A stretch of 63,353 nucleotides of DNA, the filler included, from Folioceros fuciformis (Eukaryota), in the NCBI GenBank assembly GCA_049999805.1. It is 16 parts of 16 records of this genome, joined end to end, with 100 filler letters (N's around TTAATTAATTAA, not from the genome) between each part and the next. Parts side by side here need not be neighbours in the genome. Positions count along the whole stretch, not along the records: positions 1 to 3,699 come from JBNGIO010006632.1; positions 3,800 to 7,398 come from JBNGIO010006633.1; positions 7,499 to 11,472 come from JBNGIO010006634.1; positions 11,573 to 13,070 come from JBNGIO010006635.1; positions 13,171 to 14,686 come from JBNGIO010006636.1; 11 more parts are not named here. One strand, 5' to 3'. Position numbers and translations under genes: made by a program. Under the pieces are notes generated by a model. The model had not been told where the DNA came from and made no database searches. It saw only the letters and a program-made list of their open reading frames with translations. Shown here one piece after another: positions 1 through 13,354 of the stretch. Position 1 is the first letter of the stretch; each line of letters begins with the position of its first letter.

Positions 1-3000
1 CTAGTTACTACCATTGACTCCATAATCCATGGCCTGCAAAGTCTAAGCCTGAACTCAGTAGCAACTGTCAGTATGGCGACTACTATTGCACCTAAGGCCA
101 CATATACATCAGAGTTGAAGGAAAAAGACCGTTTTAATGGTATCAAATACCCTGTATGGCGTATTCGCATGAAAGCTACCTTGACAGCTCGACATGTCTG
201 AAATATTGTCGATGGTACAAACAGAAGACCAGACCCCAACGCCATACCTCCTCCCACAGCAGAAAAGATAACTAAATAGGAAGAACTAAACAGCATCGCA
301 ATTGCCCTTCTTATTGGAGAACTGGATGCTGATCTCGTCCCAGAAGTTGAATTCCTAACCAATGCTTCAGAGATATGGGATCAACTAGAGAAGACATATC
401 AAGTTAAAAATGTGTTAACTTTGTGCGCTTTGAAGCATGAATTCTACAATCTACGTATGAGAGAGGGAGAGAAAGTTGCTGTATTCACAAGCAAATTCAG
501 ACATTTGAGGGCACAGATCACTTCGTTAACTGGCATTCCGATGTCTGAGGTTGATTCTGTTGCCGAAGTACTGACTAGACTCCCTCCTTCCTACCAGACC
601 TTTGTGACCAGCCAGAATGGCCCAATACGCCATGCAAGTGCTTCTGTTGCCTCTGGAAGTACAAGCACAGTCACATTAGAAGATGTGATTGGGGCTCTGT
701 ACCAGGAAGAACAAAGCAAAACTTTTTCTCAGACTGTTCCTAAGAACAGATCAGAAAAAATACTGGCTATTAACCAAAGGGTTTTTAGAGGAAAGGGAAA
801 AATGTCTGCAAACTCTCATAATAAACCTCTTGCAACAGTTAAGTGCCCTGGAAATTGCAATTGGTGTGGAATTGCAGGCCACTGGGAAAGAGACTGCAGG
901 AGGAAGAAAGCAAGCGAGCCGCAGCGTACACAGAAGAGTGTTGCAGCTGCATCAGCCAAATCTAAAACACAAGGTGACACTAAGTCAGTAGTGAAGATAC
1001 TTACTGTTAGTTTGGCACGTACTTTTCCTGCTGAAGATAGCAGGTTTTTGGACTCCGGTGCAACTTCTCATATTTGGAGAAACAGGGAACTTTTCTATGA
1101 GTTTACCCCCAATTACACAAACGAACGTGTTCTACTTGGTGATGAAACCAACAGGACTAGTCTACCTATTCAGGGTAGTGGGGTCTGCAAGTTCCCTCTG
1201 CATGATGGTTCGATACTTACACTTGAAGATGTATTGTATGTTCCATCAATGGCTAAAAATTTGTTCTCCTTGAGCAAATTGATGCAGATTGGCAAATATG
1301 AGATGAAGGCTACAGAACAAGTTTGCCTTTTCTACCTACAGACCACACCTGAGTTCCCTGTTTTTAAAGGAGTTCTTGAATATGGCTTGTATAGGCTGGA
1401 TGTATATGTTCTCCAACATAAGGCTGCTATGGTTTCCAAACAGTCTGAGCATCTTGCTGTCATGTGGCATGCACGATTGGGACATGTTAATAGGCGTAAG
1501 CTGTTAGACATGTCCCTACAAGACTGTCATAATGAGCAATTACCTCAAGTATTCAAGGAGCTACCTCCTTGTGAAGCCTGTATAATCGCGAAACAGAAGG
1601 AACATCCATTCCCCTCAACAGCCTCCTACAAAGCCACAGAAATTCTTGAGTTAGTACATGCCGATATCTCAGGCAAGATACAAGTTGCTTCATTAGGTGG
1701 AGCTTTGTATTACCTGTGTATTACGGACGACTACTCTCGTTATACTTGGACGTTTCCACTACACCTCAAAAGTGATACCTTTGAGATGTTTCAGGAATGG
1801 TTACAGTTAGTAGAAAGACAAACTGGCAAACTTCTCAAGTGTCTTCGGACTGATAATGGCACTGAATTTGTGAACCGTACTTTTGATTCCTATCTGCGAG
1901 ATAAAGGCATACAACGTCAACTCACTGTACCATACACACCACAACAAAACGGTGTTGCAGAAAGAAAGAATCAAACACTTCTGGCTATGACCAGAAGTAT
2001 GCTACTATGGGCAGGCTTACCCCAAACTTTTTGGGCTGAAGCTATTGTAGCTGCCACTTACATTTTGAATCGGCTCTTTACCAGTTCGATCTCCTCCCGG
2101 ACTCCCTATGAAGTTATGTGGAATAGAAAGCCAAGCTTACTTCACCTTCGTGTTTTTGGCTCTAAGGCTTTTGCTCTCGTTCCGGGGGAGAAACGTCGCA
2201 AGTTGGATCCTCGAGCCCAAGCCCTCATATTTGTAGGATACAATGAGCGATCAAAGGCATACAAACTGTATGACCCTGTCAACAATTGTGTAGTGTTAGC
2301 TCGTTCAGTCACTTTCTTGGAAACTCAGCAACCTCAACTACTCAATCAGCCATTATTACAACCGCCTCCAGAAGACTTACTTTCCGATGCTGAACCACTT
2401 GATTCATCATATCCTTCTAATGTTGCTGATTAATTGCTTGAGGATGCTGTTGTTGACCCTCCTGTCCAAACATATACCCCACCTGTTCAAACTGATCAGG
2501 AGGGAAACGAACATCCTGCTGTGTTTGAACAGGATCCCCCTACTGCAAATTTACAAGTCGTTAAGGAGCCCTTACCTATTGATCCAGCTGCAAAGGGAGT
2601 ACCTTTACCTGAACATAGGACAGTGGAAGATGTGCCCCAACCTGCACAGCCTGATCCAGTAGTTGATCCTCCCCGTAGATCTAGCAGAAATAGGCTACCT
2701 TCTGAACAATGGAAAGAACCTAGATATGAGTCCATTGATTTCAGAACTTCATATGCAAATGCTTGCCATTCAGCTTCAAGTACAATACACCTAGAACCTA
2801 AGACACTTGACGAGGCATTTTCTGGCCCTGATAAGAACAAATGGAAGTTTGCCGTCGATGATGAGTACAATTCTCTCATTAAGAATCATACTTGGGTGCT
2901 AGCAGATCTCCCCAAGGGCAGAAAACCGATATCCTGTAAATGGGTATTCAAACTTAAGTTAAATGCCAAAAGAGAGATTGCAAGACACAAAGCCAGACTA

Positions 3001-3699
3001 GTTGCTAGAGGTTTTACTCAGGTTGAAGGTCTGGATTATCAAGAAACATTCTCACCTGTTGTCCGAGCTCAATCTATAAGGATGATCTTGGCTCTGGCTG
3101 CTGAACTGAATCTTGACCTTCACCAAATGGACGTGTGTACTGCATATTTGTATGGGGCATTAAACGAAGAACTTTATATGATACAACCTGAAGGCTACGA
3201 AGATAAACAGCACCCAAATAAGGTCCTCAAGTTGCTGAAAACCATATTTGACTTGAAGCAGAGTGGCCGAATATGGTACCTCACTATCCATGAGTATCTT
3301 CTTGCCAATTCCTTTATACAGAGTGTTGCTAATGGCACAGTATACAAGATCACTCGTGGACAGCACTTTCTTATACTGGCCATATATGTTGATGACTTGA
3401 TTCTGGCAACAAACCACCAACCTTTGTTAGCAGAAGTCAAGAGTGTGCTGAGCAGCAAGTTTGATATGAAGGATATAGGAGAGTTGAAATTCTGTTTAGG
3501 AATACAACTCCTACGTGTTAGATCAGAAGGGTTGCTAATAATCATTACCAATATGTCCAGGAACTGTTAGTAAAATTTAAACTTGAGCAAGCACGCCCTG
3601 CAACTACACCCATGGCTATAGGAATGAAGCTTACCAGCCTACAGTGTCCCCAGGAGTGTGATGAGATAAGAGAAATGGCCACAGTCCCCTACCGGCAAG
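1..3699 (+). mobile_element. Ty1/Copia LTR retrotransposon, internal region (gag-PR-IN-RT), defective copy A
   Basis: Zn knuckle CNWCGIAGHWERDC, protease FLDSGATSH, integrase HARLGH..CEAC/DDYSR/DNGTEF/ERKN, RT YVDD, in Copia domain order. Stops at ~199 (TGA), ~277 (TAG) and 2431 (TAA); frameshift near 3545. Confidence 0.96.
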
Positions 3700-3799
3700 N
3701 NNNNNNNNNNNNNNNNNNNNNNNNNNNNNNNNNNNNNNNNNNNTTAATTAATTAANNNNNNNNNNNNNNNNNNNNNNNNNNNNNNNNNNNNNNNNNNNN
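3700..3799. other. Artificial contig-joining spacer N44-TTAATTAATTAA-N44 (first of 15; others start at 7399, 11473, 13071, 14687, 17280, 23915, 29296, 42082, 48637, 49802, 55458, 57002, 58528, 59826)
   Basis: Identical 100-bp structure each time; TTAATTAATTAA gives stops in all six frames. Confidence 0.98.
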
Positions 3800-6700
3800 A
3801 TGCTGATCTCGTCCCAGAAGTTGAATTCCTAACCAATGCTTCAGAGATATGGGATCAACTAGAGAAGACATATCAAGTTAAAAATGTGTTAACTTTGTGC
3901 GCTTTGAAGCACGAATTCTACAATCTACGTATGAGAGAGGGAGAGAAAGTTGCTGTATTCACAAGCAAATTCAGACATTTGAGGGCACAGATCACTTCGT
4001 TAACTGGCATTCCGATGTCTGAGGTTGATTCTGTTGCCGAAGTACTGACCAGACTCCCTCCTTCCTACCAGACCTTTGTGACCAGCCAGAATGGCCCAAT
4101 ACGCCATGCAAGTGCTTCTGTTGCCTCTGGAAGTTCAAGCACAGTCACATTAGAAGATGTGATTGGGGCTCTGTACCAGGAAGAACAAAGCAAAACTTTT
4201 TCTCAGACTGTTCCTAAGAACAGATCAGAAAAAATACTGGCTATTAACCAAAGGGTTTTTAGAGGAAAGGGAAAAATGTCTGCAAACTCTCATAATAAAC
4301 CTCTTGCAACAGTTAAGCGCCCTGGAAATTGCAATTGGTGTGGAATTGCAGGCCACTGGGAAAGAGACTGCAGGAGGAAGAAAGCAAGCGAGCCGCAGCG
4401 TACACAGAAGAGTGTTGCAGCTGCATCAGCCAAATCTAAAACACAAGGTGACACTAAGTCAGTAGTGAAGATACTTACTGTTAGTTTGGCACGTACTTTT
4501 CCTGCTGAAGACATCTGGTTTTTGGACTCCGGTGCAACTTCTCATATCTGCAGAAACAGGGAACTTTTCTATGAGTTTACCCCCAATTACACAAACAAAC
4601 GTGTTCTACTTGGTGATGAAACCAACAGGACTAGTCTACCTATTCAGGGTAGTGGGGTCTGCAAGTTCCCTTTGCATGAGGGTTCGATACTTACACTTGA
4701 AGATGTATTGTATGTTCCATCAATGGCTAAAAATTTGTTCTCCTTGAGCAAATTGATGCAGATTGGCAAATATGAGATGAAGGCTACAGAACAAGTTTGC
4801 CTTTTCTACCTACAGACCACACCTGAGTTCCTTGTTTTTAAAGGAGTTCTTGAATATGGCTTGTATAGGCTGGATGTATATGTTCTCCAACATAAGGCTA
4901 CTATGGTTTCCAAACAGTCTGAGCATCTTGCTGTCATGTGGCATGCACGATTGGGACATGTTAATAGGCGTAAGCTGTTAGACATGTCCCTACAAGACTG
5001 TCATAATGAGCAATTACCTCAAGTATTCAAGGAGCTACCTCCTTGTGAAGCCTGTATAATCGCGAAACAGAAGGAACATCCATTCCCCTCAACAGCCTCC
5101 TACAGAGCCACAGAAATTCTTGAGTTAGTACATGCCGATATCTCAGGCAAGATACAAGTTGCTTCATTAGGTGGAGCTTTGTATTACCTGTGTATTACGG
5201 ACGACTACTCTCGTTATACTTGGACGTTTCCACTACACCTCAAAAGTGATACCTTTGAGATGTTTCAGGAATGGTTACAGTTAGTAGAAAGACAAACTGG
5301 CAAACTTCTCAAGTGTCTTCGGACTGATAATGGCACTGAATTTGTGAACCGTACTATTGATTCCTATCTGCAAGATAAAGGCATACAACGTCAACTCACT
5401 GTACCATACACACCACAACAAAACGGTGCTGCAGAAAGAAAGAATCAAACACTTCTGGCTATGACCAGAAGTATGCTACTATGGGCAGGCTTACCCCAAA
5501 CTTTTTGGGCTGAAGCTAATGTAGCTGCCACTTACATTTTGAATCGGCTCTTTACCAGTTCGATCTCCTCCCGGACTCCCTATGAAGCTATGTGGAATAG
5601 AAAGCCAAGCTTACTTCACCTTCGTGTTTTTGGCTCTAAGGCTTTTGCTCTCGTTCCGGGGGAGAAACGTCGCAAGTTGGATCCTCGAGCCCAAGCCCTC
5701 ATATTTGTAGGATACAGTGAGCGATCGAAGGCATACAAATTGTATGACCCTGTCAACAATTGTGTAGTGTTAGCTCGTTCAGTCACTTTCTTGGAAACTC
5801 AGCAACCTCAACTACTCAATCAACCATTATTACAACCGCCTCCAGAAGACTTACTTTCCGCTGCTGAACCACTTGATTCATCATATCCTTCTGATGCTGT
5901 TGATGAATTGCTTGAGGATGCTGATGTTGACCCTCCTGTCCAAACATATACCCCACCTGTTCATACTGATCAGGAGGGAAATGAACATCCTGCTGTGTTC
6001 GAACAGGATCCCCCTGCTGCAAATTTACAGGTCGTTAAGGAGCCCTTACCTATTGATCCAACTGCAGAGGGAGTACCTTTACCTGAACATAGGACAGTGG
6101 AAGATGTGCCCCAACCTGCACAGCCTGATCCAGTAGCTGATCCTCCCCGTAGATCTAGCAGAAATAGGCTACCTTCCGAACAATGGAAAGAACCTAGATA
6201 TGAGTCCATTGATTTCAGAACTTCATATGCAAATGCTTGCCATTCAGCTTCAAGTACAATACACCTAGAACCTAAAACACTTGACGAGGCATTTTCTGGC
6301 CCAAACAAGGACAAATGGAAGTTTGCCGTCGATGATGAATACAATTCTCTCATTAAGAATCATACTTGGGTGCTAGCAGATCTCCCCAAGGGCAGAAAAC
6401 CGATATCCTGTAAATGGGTATTCAAACTTAAGTTAAATGCCAAAGGAGAGATTGCAAGACACAAAGCCAGACTAGTTGCTAGAGGTTTTACTCAGGTTGA
6501 GGGTCTGGATTATCAAGAAACATTCTCACCTGTTGTCCGAGCTCAATCTATAAGGATGATCTTGGCTCTGGCTGCTGAACTGAATCTTGACCTTCAACAA
6601 ATGGACGTGTGTACTGCATATTTGTATGGGGCATTGAACGAAGAACTTTATATGATACAACCTGAAGGCTATGAAGATAAACAGCACCCAAATAAGGTCC

Positions 6701-7398
6701 TCAAGTTGCTGAAAACCATATATGGCTTGAAGCAGAGTGGCCGAATCTAGTACCTCACTATCCATGAGTATCTTCTTGCCAATTCCTTTATACAGAGTGT
6801 TGCTGATGGCACAGTATACAAGATCACTCGTGGACAGCACTTTCTTATACTGGCCATATATGTTGATGACTTGATTCTAGCAACAAACCACCAACCTTTG
6901 TTAGCAGAAGTCAAGAGTGTGCTGAGCAGCAAGTTTGATATGAAGGATATAGGAGAGTTGAAATTCTGTTTAGGAATACAACTCCTACGTGTTAGATCAG
7001 AAGGGTTGCTAATAATCATTACCAATATGTCCAGGAACTGTTAGTAAAATTTAAACTTGAGCAAGCACGCCCTGCAACTACACCCATGGCTATAGGAATG
7101 AAGCTTACCAGCCTACAGTGTCCCCAGGAGTGTGATGAGATAAGAGAAATGGCCACAGTCCCCTACCGGCAAGCTGTAGGCAGTTTACTATTTATTGCCA
7201 ACTGGACAAGGCCGGATATACAATATGCGGTCAGCACCTTGTCACAATTTCTGGAGAACCCCGGCAGGGCTCATTGGGTGGCAGTTAAGAGGGTGATTCG
7301 TTATTTAAAGGGTACAGAATACACCGGGCTTACTTGCAAATCATTTGGCATTGGAAGACTTACCCCAACTGGTTTTACAGATGCCGATTGGGCCTCTG
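3800..7398 (+). mobile_element. Ty1/Copia internal region, defective copy B, near-identical to copy A, extends into RNase H
   Basis: ORF 3886-6750 matches copy A with scattered substitutions. TGG>TAG at 6748, same frameshift near 7020, then RPDI and GFTDADWA (start of RNase H). Confidence 0.96.
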
Positions 7399-7995
7399 NN
7401 NNNNNNNNNNNNNNNNNNNNNNNNNNNNNNNNNNNNNNNNNNTTAATTAATTAANNNNNNNNNNNNNNNNNNNNNNNNNNNNNNNNNNNNNNNNNNNNAT
7501 TTCCCCCTTTCCTCAATGAACCTGTGAAGCCCATAGGTGCTTGCCGAATACCGTGGGTGCCTGTCAACACAAGATCTCCAACAAGCCCAGCCGCGAAACT
7601 GAAAAGATCGCTCTTGTTGGTGAGCTCGCCAGTTATGTAGTGCCCGCCATCACTAGCTCGTCAGCATCAGCGGGTGCGAGAGCCTGGGCACATTTCCCTC
7701 GATTGTCAAGAGATCTGTGAAAGGACCGGACGAGGTCAAGCCACCCTGAAGGGTGAACCGTGCTCAAACCGTGTGAAACCGAAATCCGTGCTCCTTCCCA
7801 AAGACTGCAGGGCAGCTTCATGTTGGTCTTACAAGTTCGTGCGGAGGCAGACGACTGAGTGAAAGCTACACCATGGTGTCTGGCATCCTACAAAAAATGG
7901 TGGCATCCTCGACAATGTGGCCAACAGTTAGAATGAGCGAGTCGCCTGAGCATGGTGAAAGAACAAGACTAGAGGCGAACCTAGGCTCAAGAGCC

Positions 7996-10900
7996 TCAGT
8001 ACGCACGAGGCCCGTCATCCGCATAGAAAATTTGGGAAGGCTGCTCTGTGCTGTAGCCAGAATAGCTGGAGGTGCTAGTGGGGCCGGGGTTGATGTCCGA
8101 GGTATTTAGGGTAATGCTGTCGCTGTTTTTCCCGCCGCTGGACTGGACCCATTGTGCTTGTTGCCCTCCGAACTCCAGTTCCAGAGTCTGGGTGAGTTCG
8201 GCCACCACCTTGCTCATGCCCGGTCTGACAGAGGAAGAAATTTGCACGCAGCTCATGGCGATTTCTGCAAACCTCCACAACGACTCCAGCTTGTAGTCCC
8301 CTTTGAGAGCGGGATCCACCACCGATGCAAGGCTTCCAGTGTTCATGGCGGCCCTCACCTGTGACTCAAATCGGCACACACAACGATGAGTTTTGTGCTG
8401 TGAATGTTGGAATGGCAGGTAAAGAGAGGATGAGGACTCTCACCCTGTCCACGATGAACCTTTGAGGACCCTCCTGTAGAATGGGTGGGTGCCCACACAG
8501 GATCTCCAACAACACCACTCCGAAACTGTAGACATCACTCTTGTCGGTGAGCATGCCTGTTGTGTTGTACCTGCGAACAACCCCACCACCCACCATTAGC
8601 AGCTGCGGAAGGATCCGATCCCTCGACTTGTGCAACTGAGTATGTGGTAGAGGATAGGAAGTAACTCACTCCGGGTCCAGATATCCTAGGGTGCCCTTCA
8701 CCATGGTCATCACGTGGGTTTGTTCATGGTCTGTGAGCTTGGACAACCCAAAGTCTGCCATTTTGGCTTCTAGATTGCTGTTCAAGAGGATGTTGCTGCT
8801 TTTCACATCCCTGTGAAAGATTGCTGGGCTGCAACCGTGGTGAAGATATTCCAGACCTACCCACAGGCACGTCAGCGCCAGCTTTAGTCTACCAAGACTT
8901 GCAAAGGAAAGTCCGGCAGGAAGGTTTGAATAGTCCTATAGATTTACCTTTGGCAGCGTCGTGAGCGATCTGGAGTCTTTGTCTCCAGTTCAGAGGAACG
9001 TCCCGTGCGACTCGGCCACCTGCACGCCAGGGGGTGCCCCACGAGTACAATGAATTCACAGCAATTCAGTTGACAGTTCGAATCCAAGAAACATGGTTGC
9101 GAAGGGACGAGCAATGGTTTGCGGAACGGAACTGGCACTTACTGTACAGGCGAGTTCGAAGATCTCCTCCAGACATATACTCATACAAGAGAATGAGTTC
9201 CTTCCCTTCCTCACAGTACCCAACAAGTGACACCAGTTTTTTGTAGTGCACCGTTGACAGAAGATCGATCTAGGAAACAACGACGGGCGCGCCGTCAGTT
9301 CCCCAGCGAGTGCACCTCGAAATCAAGTTTCAGCCTCTATCATCAGGATGCCTGCAACAGGTTGGGGACAAGGCACAGTAAACACCGGTCTGAAATACCT
9401 CGTTGGAGAACTCGTTAAGCCCTTGCTGAGACTTCCCGGACATGACTTTTACGGCAACTTCTTGCTCGTTGAGCAGCCCATAGTAAACTGGTCCAAAGCC
9501 CCCCTCACCGATTTTCCTCGCAAAGTTGTTCGTAGCATCCTTGACGGTGCTCAGAGCAAATGGTTGAGCTTTCCTACTGGTATGATGTGATGGGTTCGAC
9601 ACTGGATACAATGGAGAGGCTACAGCACAGTTCACACAGCAAATTACAGAATGTGACATCCATGTCCACGAGTAGCAACCAGTTGTCAGTTCGGTTGTGC
9701 CACTCACCTACGGTTGAAATGGTAGCTAACGGTGAAGGAGGGTGCGGTCTTTGAGTGGGCGGTCTTTTCCGGCAGAAGCACCAAAGGACGCCCAAAACTA
9801 TGATAATGAGGATGAGGACACCACCCACAACGCCACCAATTACCGGCCCAATGGAACTTTTGCTCTTGGATGTCGTGTTACTCCCGTTTACTCCTGGTGG
9901 TGTAGCTGGTATTGGTGGGCTGAGTGTTGGAGCAGGTGGTGGGACGTCCGGGCAGATCGCATTCGCTGAAGCAACACACTGAAGCTGAACATTACCAGAA
10001 TACCTACAGAAGAACAACCAACCTTCATATGGAGATCAGAAGAACAACCGACCGGAGTTTACAACAAATAAGCGTCTAAACACCGAAAGCTGGGAGGTTG
10101 GAGCTGTTACATTGGTTCGCCCTCACCTGAAGACAGCGTACTGACTCAAGTAGGTGGCAGGGAAGGAGCCACTCAGGTTGTTGTCACTTACATCCCTACA
10201 CCACGGCGGAAGCGCTTTCATCAATTAGCCAACCTCATCACAACAAAAGACACAACATTGCATAACCACACTCCACACGAAGACGAAGTCCAAGTCGCAC
10301 TTACAGACTCGTTAAAGAGGTCAACTGTGGTAACCAAGTGGGCAGAGGGCCAGAGAACCGGTTGTTAGATAGGTTCCTGTCAGTTGCAACCAGAAGAGAT
10401 CATCAGGCAGAGCAAAATGCCCTGGCATCCACGTACAGTTTAACTATCAAGCTCCCGCACAGCCGTCCCTTCGCCTGCTTTTATGCGAACAGACTTGCAA
10501 GAGTCACAGGACAAGCATAGCTTACAGATTTTTAAGACCTGTCAGGCCGGAAATGGTTGTGGGAATAGGGCCGCTGAGACTCTTGCCCGAAAGATCCCTG
10601 CACAAATTGGCAACGTTGCAAAGCAGTCAATTGCTGTCATCGTGCACAATGTTACAAGCTTGTAGAACAAAACGGGCTGGGTAGAACTTCACAAGGCTGT
10701 GACTCCACTGCTAACACAAGTTACACCTTCCCATGGCACAGGACTACACGGATCCCCACTCCACCGAGAGTAGTTGAGAGCCAGCTTTACATCAGCCAGC
10801 GAGGAGGCTGCAATGTAGCACGATCATATCATCACCATACCATAGCTAAACCATGAAAACGAGCAAACCAGGGGCCTTGTCCACGAACTCACCATCTTGC

Positions 10901-12546
10901 GCATTTGTAGACGAACTCATCTTGATGACCTGGTACAGCTCAACTGCATTCACGGCCGGGGGGAGATTCGTTTGCGCATCAGGAAGGAAAGCGAACACCA
11001 TCTCAGGCTCATCCACAGGAACATCATAGCCTTTCGTTCCAAACTGGTATGTAGTGTACTGAGGAACTAAATCAGTGATATTCAGGACATATCCCGGTGG
11101 AGCCTTGGGATAGAAATTCGGCTGGAAGTCTATTACCCGACTGCATAACCCGAAACCAAACCAGGCATAAGAAGCTACCAATTGTGACATGCGCAAGAGG
11201 AAGAAGGACGCCAAGGTCTGCGATGAGGTCACCTGAGTCCTGAAGTCGCACTGTTGTTGAGTTCGGCAAAGAACGTAGAGGCGTAGACCGTAGGAGAAGG
11301 CGTGTCGGGGACAACCACGGTGACGGTGTAGTTGAGCAGAGTGGGATCGGTAACAGCTGACTGCATAACAATGTCGGGAGGATAGTCTATCTGATAAGCT
11401 CCAACGGTGACAATCTGGACTGGAGAGTTAGGATACCCAGGTGCAAAAAGGCTGGACTGTGTGGATCCAGGCNNNNNNNNNNNNNNNNNNNNNNNNNNNN
11501 NNNNNNNNNNNNNNNNTTAATTAATTAANNNNNNNNNNNNNNNNNNNNNNNNNNNNNNNNNNNNNNNNNNNNAAGGATACCTACAAGCACACAGATCGGC
11601 CATGTCAAGGCCGCCTAAGCTGCAGACTGCACTTTCAGGCTCACAGGGGATCCGTACATTGATATCCAACCTGTACGTGGTTGTCTGCTCCCCGAAGTTA
11701 CGCCGGAGGAGCAGGGGCATGATGGTTCTGTCCTCATCCAAATTTGCGTTGTACGAGGCGCTAGTGACCGGCCTGAGCTCCAGGGTGTTGATAAAAGGGT
11801 CGCTGCTGTCCAGCCGGATCAAACAGACACTCATGCTGGGCTTGGTGGCGATGACCATGACCTCGTAATAGGTCGCAGTGTCCGGAGTGGTGTCGATGGT
11901 GACGCGCACCCACACCGTAGCATCCACAGCAATCTGCCGCCACACCCTCTCTCAGGCTCCGCACTCCAGCCAGGTACCAAGCCACACAATCACCTCTGCC
12001 GAGACCGGGGAAAATGGACGCACTACCTGGAAGTTGATGCCGTTTGCTGGCACCGTGGTGTAGTCCCCGAAGTAGAACCAGGCTCGCACCATGTACTGCG
12101 TGTTGTTGACGACGACCAGGTCGTAGCAGTTCTTCACGGGCGATGAGGCGGGGAAGAACCTGAGCGAGGTGAGATCCGTGACCTGGGCGTCCGACGTGGA
12201 CGCCACTTCCCCGGTGGAGATGTAGCTCGCGTCGCTGACGAAGGAGAGGTCGGTGTCGGGATTCGTGTAACTGAAATCCGCATCCGCGCCGCAGTCGATG
12301 CTGATGAACCCTGAACACGCGCGTTTCAGGATTGAGGCACCAGAAAATTCTGGCCTTGTGGGCTGCTGGGCAAAGCTGCGGTGAAAGCAGGAAGCAAGGA
12401 AGGAAGCTTTTGCAGGAAGCAGCAGCAGAGCACGCACCGTTGGTCTGCCCATCGGCAATGCGGACAACGCTTTGCAGCAGCGCAACGCCCACAAGCCACA
12501 GCAACCACCGCCTCCGGCCGCGCAGGCTTAGAGCCGGAGATTCCAT
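7996..12546 (-). CDS. Malectin-like-domain LRR receptor-like kinase (LRR-I / SYMRK-IOS1-like architecture), multi-exon, split over two contigs
   Basis: Signal peptide [24 protein letters not shown]; malectin [53 protein letters not shown] motif (~10750); short LRR exons; [21 protein letters not shown]; kinase [44 protein letters not shown] introns. Confidence 0.93.
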
Positions 12547-13354
12547 CGCCGGGAACTGGAAGATTGCCACAGCCACCTCGTCGCGCGCTGGATCGGGGAG
12601 GTTTTCAATCTCTAATCTACAAGCAGATGCAATCCGGAAATGCTTCACCCAGAACCAACCGCCACGCTTCCCCTCGCTGCTGATCCTGCGACGAACAATG
12701 ATCCAGCCGTGGACCCGCCTCCCCTCGGATTAGGTGGCAGTAACGAGTGCGCTGTACCTCGAACCTTCCGTGAGAGTTTTGCTGCGCGTTGACCCCGTAA
12801 ACGAGGCCGGGTAATGTGAATTACACTGGCAGACATGCCCGCCTAAACTGCACTTTGCAAGCCTGGCATTCATCGTTGATGCGGCGACCGTGGGTCGGCA
12901 CAGCCACTGGGTCGCAGATGCTGGCACACAGAAGGGGGCGCCTGTGCCGTGTGCTTGCACAGACTTTCAGACATTGCTGTGCAGATCAGAGGCGTTTCGA
13001 GAGAAAAGCAAGAGAACATGAGGATTTCCCCCTTTCCTCAATGAACCTGTGAAGCCCATAGGTGCTTGCCNNNNNNNNNNNNNNNNNNNNNNNNNNNNNN
13101 NNNNNNNNNNNNNNTTAATTAATTAANNNNNNNNNNNNNNNNNNNNNNNNNNNNNNNNNNNNNNNNNNNNCCTGATCGGAGCTGGAGGGGAGCCCTCGAA
13201 TCCATCATCGAGTTGATCAAGTCCGACCCTCCATCCACAGCAGCAAGGAACCCCATCGCTCCTTCGTGGGAACGAAACCCAATGTCTCAATGATAGTGGG
13301 ATAAGTGTGGCCACTAAAGGTGGAATCCGTCGGCAATCAGTGCCCGGGGTTTTG

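Noticed and set aside
3744-3755. Recurrent TTAATTAATTAA palindrome as a biological motif
   Set aside because: Always centred in N44..N44; an artificial six-frame-stop spacer.
7996-12546. Calling the kinase SYMRK
   Set aside because: The architecture is shared by many LRR-I kinases; orthology needs a phylogeny.
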